This document shows positions 9,422 to 16,602 of a stretch of DNA of 64,000 bases, piece after piece. The stretch's first letter is position 1; each line of letters starts with the position of its first letter. Source of the stretch: Methanobacteriota archaeon. Lineage in GTDB: Archaea > Thermoplasmatota > E2 > DHVEG-1. The notes below the pieces were generated by a model, which was not told the origin of the DNA, did not search any database, and saw only the letters and a program-made list of their open reading frames with translations. The translations under genes and the position numbers were made by a program. The stretch lies in contig CAVYNH010000007.1 in the NCBI GenBank assembly GCA_963769885.1, positions 192,001-256,000 on the forward strand, read 5' to 3'.

Positions 9422-11689
9422 TCACCCTGCTCTGAATCGTGATTTCGTTGTCACCGGCGGCTGTATGATCGTCGTCGATGTCGGCGTCCTGCCCGTCCGA
9501 GTCGTGACCTGTGTGCCTGGGACGAGGATGTGCGCGCCGGTCTTCCGGCTGATCACGTCCTGACTGGCACCGTTCGTGACTGAGAGGACACCGTTGGCGA
9601 TGCTGGCACCGAGACGTTTGCCCCAGTCCTCGACGCTCTGGCCATGCTCAAGCGTCGCATGAACATCTATTGAGACAGCGCAATTTATCACCCCAGACGG
9701 GCCGCCCTGGGCCACACCCGCTGGGACGACGTATTCGCCTTTGTGGACGATAGCGGCCCCCGTCTCTAGGATGCTGCCGCCTTCCTGAAGCCACGGCACC
9801 CGACCGAATAACCGGTCGGTGATCGGCGTCGACGTGCCGCCTACCGCGCTGACGCCTCCTACGTCCTGCCCGGTGAGCTCCAGCCATTCCCGGTACTTGT
9901 CGATGCTCGCCTGGACTGCTTTCACGTTGTCAACGCCGTACCATTTCAGCCACGCTTGAGCACCCTCAGAGCCGGGGAAGGCGGCCATAGTGGCCTCTAT
10001 CACGCTGATCTGCTGGGTTGTGGCGTCCTTTATCCTGGTGTTGAGCGCGGTGATGCTGTCGCCGTAGGCAGTCATAAGGAGTCCCTCGTGCTGGATACTC
10101 AAATCGAGCGACGAGATCTCCTGTTCGTAGGTGAACGCCCTGGTCTGCTGGGTGATATCCTGGGTTAGTCCGGTGCGTTCGAGCTCGGCCTGCATCTCCT
10201 GGATGCGCAGGCCGAGGTCCTGGTGTTGAAGCTCCTTGAGTTGAGCCTGTTGGTCTCGGTTGAGGCCATGCCGGGTGTCCGCGTTGTACTGCAGTTGCAT
10301 TTCCGCGATGCTGTTCTTAGTGAGTGCCATGCCTAGCGTGTTGATCGCGTCGTCCAGGACCCACGTCTGCTTCGTCTGGTCCTCAAGGCTCTTCAGGAAG
10401 TCGAGGCGGCCTTGGTCCTGGCTCATCTGTTGATTCAAGAGGGCCTGTTGCGAGGTGAGTTGCGGGTAGAGGTCGACGAGGTTCTGGATCTCGGTCCCGA
10501 GGTCCTTGGCGGCTCCCGCCATGTATTGGATCGGTTCGAGGCTCTGCGCGCTGGCGACGGCGGCTATCGCTTCTTTGATGCTGCCGCCGGCGAACAGGTT
10601 GATCGCGGGGAGGGTCGCTATCGTCTGGATGATCCGCGCGGGAAGGTCCAGCCAGCTGCCCATCGTTCGATATCCTGCCTCCCGTTGCTGTGTTTGTTTC
10701 TGGGTGACGAGGTCGGCGGTGTTCAGGTAATCCTTGTACTGCTGCAGAATCTCTTTTCCAGTCAACTTCGAGGTGTCGATGCCGCCGCCCGCTAGGATCG
10801 CCATGCCGGCCGCATAGCTCTGTACGCCTCCGACGAGGCTTTGGAATGCGCTGGCGTTCCCCGCGGTCGCCGTCTGAATCCTGTTAAGGATGCCTTCGAC
10901 GCCCATCGCCTTCAATACGAGACTGTCGTAGGCGATGCCCAAAGAGTTCATGGTCGCAACCTGGTCTTTCGACGGGCTGCTGAGGTTGCTGAGGACTTCC
11001 GTGAGCCCGCTGAACGCGCTCCTGGCTGGAAGGCCTTTCTCGGCCATGTCGCTGACCGCCGAGACCACCTGGTCGAGGCTCATGCCTGCCGCCTGCGCGA
11101 AAGGAGCAAGCCTTTGAATTTCGGTGCCCAGATCGGCCATAGAGATGTTTGTCGTCTGGTACGCCTGGGTGAGCAATTGGCCGACGTAGGCCGACGCGCT
11201 CGCGCTCAGGCTGAAGGCGTCCATCACGTCCGCCAGGGTTTTCGCGGCTGTCGTCTGATCCGTGAACGTCCTAAGGGAGAGCATCATGGACTCGGTGAGG
11301 AGCGTCATACTGTCCTGGATTCGGAACCCTGACTTCTCGATCTCCGTGAATGAGTCGGCGAGCTCCTGGATGCTTTTCCCGCCGCCGATGCTCAGGTTCT
11401 GGAGTTCTTTCTGAAGGTCTGGGAGGAGCGTCTTCTCCTGGTCGGTCAGGATGCTGCTTATCTTGAGCATCTCGGTCGAATAGCTGCGGTAGGATTGGAT
11501 GCTGTCCTCGATGCCCTGCGTCATGCTGTGGACGCCCTGCATGAGGTAGCCGATAGCCATATTCATGGCACTAAAGGCCGCGCCCATCGCCAAGCCTTGG
11601 ACTGAGAAGGCCTTGAATCTCTGTGCCGCTTGGTCCAGGACGCTGCTCATCTGGTCCCTGGCTTTTAAGTCCACACTGATCTCGGTCAT
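9422..11689 (-). CDS. Phage-type tail tape measure protein (TP901-like core)
   Basis: N-terminal ISVDLKARDQMSSVL; Ala/Gly-rich helical core (LAPFAQAAGMSLDQV...GL.A..A..GL...L..L..PSK.....M..LGI); coiled coil; C-terminal LQEGG....G.AIVHKGEYVVP motif. Confidence 0.85.
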   Translation of the reverse strand: MTEISVDLKARDQMSSVLDQAAQRFKAFSVQGLAMGAAFSAMNMAIGYLMQGVHSMTQGIEDSIQSYRSYSTEMLKISSILTDQEKTLLPDLQKELQNLSIGGGKSIQELADSFTEIEKSGFRIQDSMTLLTESMMLSLRTFTDQTTAAKTLADVMDAFSLSASASAYVGQLLTQAYQTTNISMADLGTEIQRLAPFAQAAGMSLDQVVSAVSDMAEKGLPARSAFSGLTEVLSNLSSPSKDQVATMNSLGIAYDSLVLKAMGVEGILNRIQTATAGNASAFQSLVGGVQSYAAGMAILAGGGIDTSKLTGKEILQQYKDYLNTADLVTQKQTQQREAGYRTMGSWLDLPARIIQTIATLPAINLFAGGSIKEAIAAVASAQSLEPIQYMAGAAKDLGTEIQNLVDLYPQLTSQQALLNQQMSQDQGRLDFLKSLEDQTKQTWVLDDAINTLGMALTKNSIAEMQLQYNADTRHGLNRDQQAQLKELQHQDLGLRIQEMQAELERTGLTQDITQQTRAFTYEQEISSLDLSIQHEGLLMTAYGDSITALNTRIKDATTQQISVIEATMAAFPGSEGAQAWLKWYGVDNVKAVQASIDKYREWLELTGQDVGGVSAVGGTSTPITDRLFGRVPWLQEGGSILETGAAIVHKGEYVVPAGVAQGGPSGVINCAVSIDVHATLEHGQSVEDWGKRLGASIANGVLSVTNGASQDVISRKTGAHILVPGTQVTTRTGRTPTSTTIIQPPVTTKSRFRAG

Positions 11690-11916
11690 GGCTCGTCTTC
11701 TTCCTCGCCGATGCTCACGTCCTCGTCGGTGATGAGCGTGTAGTCCTCAGGCTGAAAAACAATGGTGGCGAGGCCGACGCCGCCGAGGAGACACTCGACC
11801 TTCTCCCTGGTGACGGCAGGATCGAGATCATGCAAGGCGTTGTAGACCCTGGTCGCGTCAACCGGCGTCCGCACGTCGATCAGGACGCGTTCCACGAGAC
11901 CGCAAGGCTGGCTCAT
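11686..11916 (-). CDS. Hypothetical acidic protein coupled to TMP
   Basis: ATGA overlaps with both neighbouring genes. Confidence 0.6.
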   Translation of the reverse strand: MSQPCGLVERVLIDVRTPVDATRVYNALHDLDPAVTREKVECLLGGVGLATIVFQPEDYTLITDEDVSIGEEEDEP

Positions 11917-12572
11917 GCCACGGCTCCCTGGTCTTCCGTCTTCGAGTCAAGACCATGCTCCCGTTTTATCTGCTTTCGGAACTCTTCGCGGCTCATTTTC
12001 AGAGGCGTCGGCTGTGTGGTCTTTACCACGGGCGACCCCGCGCCAGGGGAGGACATCTGCCTTCTGAACTCGAAGGGGTCGCCTTTGTGGACGAACACGT
12101 CGCTGACGAACAGGTCTTCCGCAGCCATGTAAGAAGCGACATTGGGTTTCTTCCTGCCGTCCCGGATTTCGATGTTATGAAGCCGTAGAATCTGGCTGAT
12201 GCCTCGTACCCTCTCATTGGGCCGCATGTTTGTTGCGGTGAGAAGGCCCTTATTCGATATCCTGATTAAGGCTATCGCAAAACGCTCGGTGACGTCGCCT
12301 TCAAGGCAGCTTTTCTGAAGGTCGTCCCAGTATTGTTTTTCGACTATGTTGCGGGCTTGACCGACCTCAAACGCCTCTTTATCCCGTTTGGCTCGGAGGG
12401 CTTCTTTTTCCTCGGCGAGCCGTTTGAGTTCAGCGGCGGTGAGTTGGCTGGCGAGTTTCGTCTTCGTCTGGTCCCATTGCAACGCCGCGAGCTCTTCCGG
12501 GGTCTGATAGCCGCTCTCGGCCTGCTCTCTTCGTTCCTGTTCGATTCGTGCTTGTTGTTCTTTCTCATCCAT
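11913..12572 (-). CDS. Hypothetical protein with N-terminal coiled coil
   Basis: AGGAG RBS; 219 aa; operonic position. Confidence 0.7.
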   Translation of the reverse strand: MDEKEQQARIEQERREQAESGYQTPEELAALQWDQTKTKLASQLTAAELKRLAEEKEALRAKRDKEAFEVGQARNIVEKQYWDDLQKSCLEGDVTERFAIALIRISNKGLLTATNMRPNERVRGISQILRLHNIEIRDGRKKPNVASYMAAEDLFVSDVFVHKGDPFEFRRQMSSPGAGSPVVKTTQPTPLKMSREEFRKQIKREHGLDSKTEDQGAVA

Positions 12573-12579
12573 TTTTATC

Positions 12580-13077
12580 TCAACTCCTGATATTCCTCTT
12601 CTGTGTTGTCGCGGTAGTGATGGGTCGCAGGTCGTCCCTCATGGTTTCACCTGGACCCGTATATGAACTCTGACTGACTCTGTGACCGAGATACGGATCG
12701 TCGTCGGTGTCCTGGGAGTCCCGTGGCACGGTCCACCAGACCGTCCCATCCCGGGCGATGTCCACCCGCATGTAGCCCTTCACGTTTGATGAGCCGATGA
12801 TTGCGTTGTAGATCACGTCTGTGAGCGTGCGGCCTTCCGCATGGGACTCGAAGTGTTGGCCGCACGAGGGACACTGCCGGGGGATGCTCTGAATCCGGTG
12901 GATCTTCTGACATTTCAAACACATGATAACAAACGGCACGCCTCGCTTGACGACAGGTTGTTTTATCTCGATGAAATCCCGTAGGACACCGCAACGCGGG
13001 CAGTACCGCCGTGTGATGGGCTTGCGGGTCACGTAGATGGTCTCGCATTCCAAGCATTGCATCTTGATTTTAGGCAT
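12580..13077 (-). CDS. Double zinc-ribbon protein
   Basis: CLEC...CPRC and CLKC...CPSC; GGAGGAGG RBS; ATGCCTAA overlap with the upstream stop. Confidence 0.75.
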   Translation of the reverse strand: MPKIKMQCLECETIYVTRKPITRRYCPRCGVLRDFIEIKQPVVKRGVPFVIMCLKCQKIHRIQSIPRQCPSCGQHFESHAEGRTLTDVIYNAIIGSSNVKGYMRVDIARDGTVWWTVPRDSQDTDDDPYLGHRVSQSSYTGPGETMRDDLRPITTATTQKRNIRS

Positions 13078-13639
13078 GGTCCTCCTCCTCGTCGCCGTCG
13101 CCCGTGTACGGCACAAGGTCGTCTATATCTTCGTCCACGGGCGATTCCTGGGCACGTGGGGGCGTCATCGGCGTGCTGGTGGCCATCTTTCGCACCTCTC
13201 GCTGTTGATCGAGATCATGCAAGGCGTCAATCATAGCGTTGAATTCCGCAATGGTGGGTTTCTTGCGACATAAGACACAAGAGTCAGGTTCGGAAATCTT
13301 CACCTGTTCATGCCGTCCGAACTCAGTAGGATACTTGCGCTCCAGCAGCCATGCGCTTGCTTGCCATGAGCCGTTGTTGCTCGCCCTGGTGATGAGCGCG
13401 ATATGCCGTCTCTTGAACTCAGCTTCTCCTTTTCGCGTAGCGTTCACTAATTCCGCAAAAAGGCTGTCGGTGTTGTTGTCTGCATCGCTTGTGCCGATTC
13501 GCATCCAGTCGTAAAACGCGGTCTTCCCAACGCCCAAAAGCGCGCAGATGTCTTTCTTATTCGTCCCTTTTTTGACTTCCCGGTAGATCGTCGTTATCAT
13601 CTCGGGTGTGAGTCGGAGTTTCCGTCCTCGTTTAGCCGT
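13070..13639 (-). CDS. Terminase small subunit-like HTH protein (first ATG 13600; probable true start is ACG at 13639)
   Basis: GRKLRLTPE...ICALLGVGKTAFYDW (HTH)...FAELV...GEAE...SWQASAWLLERKYPTEFGR, a pattern typical of TerS-type proteins. Confidence 0.7.
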   Translation of the reverse strand, partial: TAKRGRKLRLTPEMITTIYREVKKGTNKKDICALLGVGKTAFYDWMRIGTSDADNNTDSLFAELVNATRKGEAEFKRRHIALITRASNNGSWQASAWLLERKYPTEFGRHEQVKISEPDSCVLCRKKPTIAEFNAMIDALHDLDQQREVRKMATSTPMTPPRAQESPVDEDIDDLVPYTGDGDEEEDHA

Positions 13640-13886
13640 AGCTGACCACGCTCCCCTGGAGTCGTTCCGTCATGGTGTCAACCTTGCTCGTGAGAAGCCT
13701 GTTCTGCCGCGCGAGGTCACAGAGTTCGTTCACTTGCTTCGCTACTAGTTCGTTCTTCATTTTGAGGAGCTCCCGGAGGCTTGCGATCTCATGCTCAAGG
13801 GCATCGATCCGGATGAACTGAAACTCCGTTTTCCGTAGGATTAACATTCCGTGTCCTCTAACTTCGACCCGTGGGCGTGTTTCCAC
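13632..13886 (-). CDS. Small coiled-coil protein
   Basis: Heptad pattern IDALEHEIASLRELLKMK; operonic position. Confidence 0.6.
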   Translation of the reverse strand: METRPRVEVRGHGMLILRKTEFQFIRIDALEHEIASLRELLKMKNELVAKQVNELCDLARQNRLLTSKVDTMTERLQGSVVSYG

Positions 13887-13940
13887 TTGCGGATAAAACC
13901 AGGTTCAAACTCCGGGTCCATCTCGCTGGGCATCATTTCG

Positions 13941-14879
13941 TTAGGTCCTCGCCTCGGCTGACGCCTGGGTTTGGCGTCGTTTGAGCATGGCTTCGGTGGC
14001 GTTCATCCAATCTTGGAGTCGTTTCGCCTCTTGTTTTTCCCGTTGTTCGCGGATTTCTATTATATAAGAAGTCTCGTTGTGGTCTTGGTGTTGTTGTCGG
14101 ATTTTGTCTCGGAGTATCTTGGAGAAGCGGATGAATATCTTGTAGAATCGTCCTTCGAGGTTGTGGAGGGCGTCCCATTGTTGTTTGAGGATGCCGTGGA
14201 GGTTGTGAGACTGCCTCTTGCCTCGTATCCAGTTGAATCCTTCTTTGGTCTTTTCGAGGAGTCTGGCGCGTCGTACTTCGAGGAGGCGGTAGAGGGTATG
14301 GAAGATGGCTGCTCGGATTTCGCTGGGGTCTCGTCGGCGGCGTTTGCTGACGTTGACGACGTTGATGGTGAAGATCTGGTGGTGCCGGGCTAGGGTGTTG
14401 AGTTCGAGGGGCGTGGTCTTCCCTTTGAGTTTCCCGGCGAGGAAGATGGTCATTGATGGTTTTTTGCCGGTGCGGTCGATGGGTGCTTTGTTGTTGTGGG
14501 TTTGCCCTGCTGTGAGTCCGGCGATGGTCCGGAGGTCTTCGCCGTAGTAGTAGGGTGTGGTGGCGAAGGCGACGAGGTGGTAGTGAAGGACGTTGTGTTC
14601 AGAGAAGGTCGGGAATTTGATCCATCGGACGGTGAGCGGCTGGTCGTCGTCGAGGTTTGCGGTGAAGATGCCGGTGAGTTCGTCGTCGTTGTATTGGCGG
14701 ACACCGATGATGCCTTCTGCCTCATGGTTCTGTTTTTTGACGACGTCTACGAGGCTTTCTTGGACGATGTCGAAGTGGTGTGCGTGAAGGCGGTTCTCTC
14801 GGTTGATGACGGTCTGCAGCTCCTGCCCGTAACTTTTATATCTTTGATTGTGTTTTATTTCTTGCAAAGTAGCTAGCAC
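13941..14879 (-). CDS. Hypothetical protein; possible replication protein (HUH-like HYH motif)
   Basis: 312-aa ORF; NVLHYHLVAF followed by a YYY cluster; the functional call is weak. Confidence 0.55.
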   Translation of the reverse strand: MLATLQEIKHNQRYKSYGQELQTVINRENRLHAHHFDIVQESLVDVVKKQNHEAEGIIGVRQYNDDELTGIFTANLDDDQPLTVRWIKFPTFSEHNVLHYHLVAFATTPYYYGEDLRTIAGLTAGQTHNNKAPIDRTGKKPSMTIFLAGKLKGKTTPLELNTLARHHQIFTINVVNVSKRRRRDPSEIRAAIFHTLYRLLEVRRARLLEKTKEGFNWIRGKRQSHNLHGILKQQWDALHNLEGRFYKIFIRFSKILRDKIRQQHQDHNETSYIIEIREQREKQEAKRLQDWMNATEAMLKRRQTQASAEART

Positions 14880-15020
14880 CTCTTTGTGTTATTGGCCCGG
14901 CGGTCACTCGCTGGGTCAGTATTGTTTTTGTTCTCTCCTCACCATTTTTTGGAGGCTAGGCGACCGGGATTCGCTCTCGGTCGCCGATGAGTGCATGTTT
15001 TCTTCAAAGGCAACTTCGGA

Positions 15021-15161
15021 TTATTGTTCGGGCGGCTCGAATTTTATGTGGATGCTTTCGTTCGGGTTTTCCCGAAGGTAGGACATGATCCCAGAACCCA
15101 CGATCCGCCTGCGGATCTCCTTGATTCGTTTCTTGTCTGCCTCAGATAGATTTTCAGTCAT
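15021..15161 (-). CDS. Small hypothetical protein (46 aa, MTENLSEADKKRIKEIRRR...)
   Basis: Read manually (below the ORF-track cutoff); AAGGAG RBS. Confidence 0.55.
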   Translation of the reverse strand: MTENLSEADKKRIKEIRRRIVGSGIMSYLRENPNESIHIKFEPPEQ

Positions 15162-15455
15162 TGTTTTTTTTCTCCTTTGATAGTTTATACTCTATGATTT
15201 TTTTAGCTAGAAATTCCCGGTCGGCTACCAGGGACAACAGGTAGTCGTGCCAAGTCTGCGTTTTGCAGTCTTTGGCTCGCTCCAGCCTTCGGAATTCAGC
15301 GTCGGTGAAGGTTTCATTTAAGTTCCTCATTTTTTTTACCTCGCTACCTTAGCTACCTTAGTCTCTACCTCATAGTAGCAAACTGTATTTTTCCGGACGT
15401 TTTTCTTTATATACTGTCCAGAAGAAAAAGCAAGGGAAATTAAAAAAAGGGGGGC

Positions 15456-15605
15456 CTAGCGTGTGCGGCGGCAGTCGCCGTCGAGGTGCACGCGTCGGCC
15501 TTCGATGAGTTGGTAACTGTTTGGGTCGATGGGGCCGCCGCATTTTGGGCAGCGTTTGTTCCGTGGGCGGCTCTGTCGTCTTGTGCTGGGGTTGTAGACG
15601 CCCAC
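15456..15605 (-). CDS. Small zinc-finger protein (49 aa)
   Basis: GTG start; RCPKCGGPI...VHLDGDC (CxxC...HxxxxC). Confidence 0.6.
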   Translation of the reverse strand: MGVYNPSTRRQSRPRNKRCPKCGGPIDPNSYQLIEGRRVHLDGDCRRTR

Positions 15606-15607
15606 GA

Positions 15608-15775
15608 TTAGCACCCCGGTTGTGTGCTGATCTCGCGGGGTTCCGTGCCCATGCTGACGTCGCCGACCGTGATATTGAGCCGGGTGCAGCCGAGGGCCTC
15701 CAGGGCCGCCTGGACGGCGTCCAGGGCACTGAGTTCGTCGCCTGGGACCAGGCCGGTGACGCGTAGGCTGTTCAT
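15608..15775 (-). CDS. Small hypothetical protein (55 aa, MNSLRVTGLVPGDELSALDAVQAALEALGC...)
   Basis: Read manually; ATGA overlap with the upstream gene; GAGGT RBS. Confidence 0.55.
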   Translation of the reverse strand: MNSLRVTGLVPGDELSALDAVQAALEALGCTRLNITVGDVSMGTEPREISTQPGC

Positions 15776-16137
15776 TCGACCTCTCGGATCTCGACCGGCG
15801 TGACGATGAGGCGGCTGCCGACGATCTTGACGCTGCAGTAATCGGTCGGATGCCCTGCCGCGAGGACTTTTTCCTCGAGGGTCTGCAGCCAGTTCTGCTT
15901 GAGGACCTCGTCGATGTCATCCCAAGCGACTATCTGCGTGGGCTCGAAGTCGAGCTCGCCGGTGATCGTGACCGTCCCCTCGTTCCCATCGCCTATGGTT
16001 TCCCGCATGGGTGGTACCTGCGTCGGCATTTTGGGCATTCGACTGGGTTCGGGCTTCTCGGCCACCACTGATGCTTGCAGTGGGGGCATTCTTCCATCAA
16101 TGATTTTCTTTTTGCCATTCACTATATCACCGGGCAT
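15772..16137 (-). CDS. Hypothetical protein, first gene of the element's leftward operon
   Basis: 121 aa; immediately downstream of the AT-rich divergent promoter. Confidence 0.6.
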   Translation of the reverse strand: MPGDIVNGKKKIIDGRMPPLQASVVAEKPEPSRMPKMPTQVPPMRETIGDGNEGTVTITGELDFEPTQIVAWDDIDEVLKQNWLQTLEEKVLAAGHPTDYCSVKIVGSRLIVTPVEIREVE

Positions 16138-16154
16138 ATGTATGACACATCAGT

Positions 16155-16205
16155 ATTTAATTATTACGTGTAAATTACGTAATACGTAATATTAAAAACG
16201 TAATC
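16155..16205. promoter_or_regulatory. Divergent promoter with ATTACGT/ACGTAAT operator repeats
   Basis: ATTACGT 16163-16169, palindrome ATTACGTAAT 16174-16183, ACGTAAT 16184-16190 and 16198-16204, in an AT-rich spacer between divergent genes. Confidence 0.7.
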
Positions 16206-16223
16206 AGGGTTTCTCCCTATGGG

Positions 16224-16376
16224 ATGCCAAGACCATCGAAAAAGAAGAAGCCGGAGCCGGTGATGACGATCACGATGCCGCCGGAAATCAGGGAAAAGCT
16301 ACGTCGGATAGCGAAGAAAGAGAAAAGGAGCAAAAGTTCGATGATTCATTACCTCATCGAGCATTACCAAGAATAG
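16224..16376 (+). CDS. Ribbon-helix-helix (CopG/Arc-like) regulator, 50 aa
   Basis: Read manually: MPRPSKKKKPEPVMTITMPPEIREKLRRIAKKEKRSKSSMIHYLIEHYQE; alternating beta strand plus two helices with an S-x-S motif. Confidence 0.8.
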   Translation: MPRPSKKKKPEPVMTITMPPEIREKLRRIAKKEKRSKSSMIHYLIEHYQE

Positions 16377-16528
16377 AAAAAGAGAGGAGACGTCCCCGCC
16401 TGGATGCCATGGGCAGGGACGCCCCCCATGTTTTAGTGAGGAAGAGAACTGACAACCCTATTTTTTGGAGACTACGTGTTTTTTCTGCAGGTGTCTCCGA
16501 TTTCCTCTCCTGTTGACCAGACCACCTT

Positions 16529-16540
16529 TGGACAGGCCCA
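16529..16540 (+). repeat. att core (attR), duplicated tRNA-Pro 3' end
   Basis: TGGACAGGCCCA followed by a pyrimidine trailer, located between the RHH gene and the stop of the host C25 peptidase gene. Confidence 0.85.
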
Positions 16541-16602
16541 TGTCCTTTTCTCCCCCACTTTTTACACAATAATGAAAAGAAGAACGGATTGGAAATCGGG
16601 GG

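Larger units (their letters stand above)
8144..16540. mobile_element. ~8.4-kb tRNA-Pro-integrated element; candidate virus satellite or minimal provirus (int, TMP, TerS-like, Zn fingers, RHH)
   Basis: 12-bp direct repeat TGGACAGGCCCA of the tRNA 3' end at both boundaries; tyrosine integrase at one end; virus-type genes inside and host-type genes outside. Confidence 0.88.

Noticed and set aside
8144-16540. Calling the element a complete provirus or a conjugative element
   Set aside because: No recognisable capsid, portal, large terminase, packaging ATPase or VirB4/VirD4 genes, and too small for a tailed virus.
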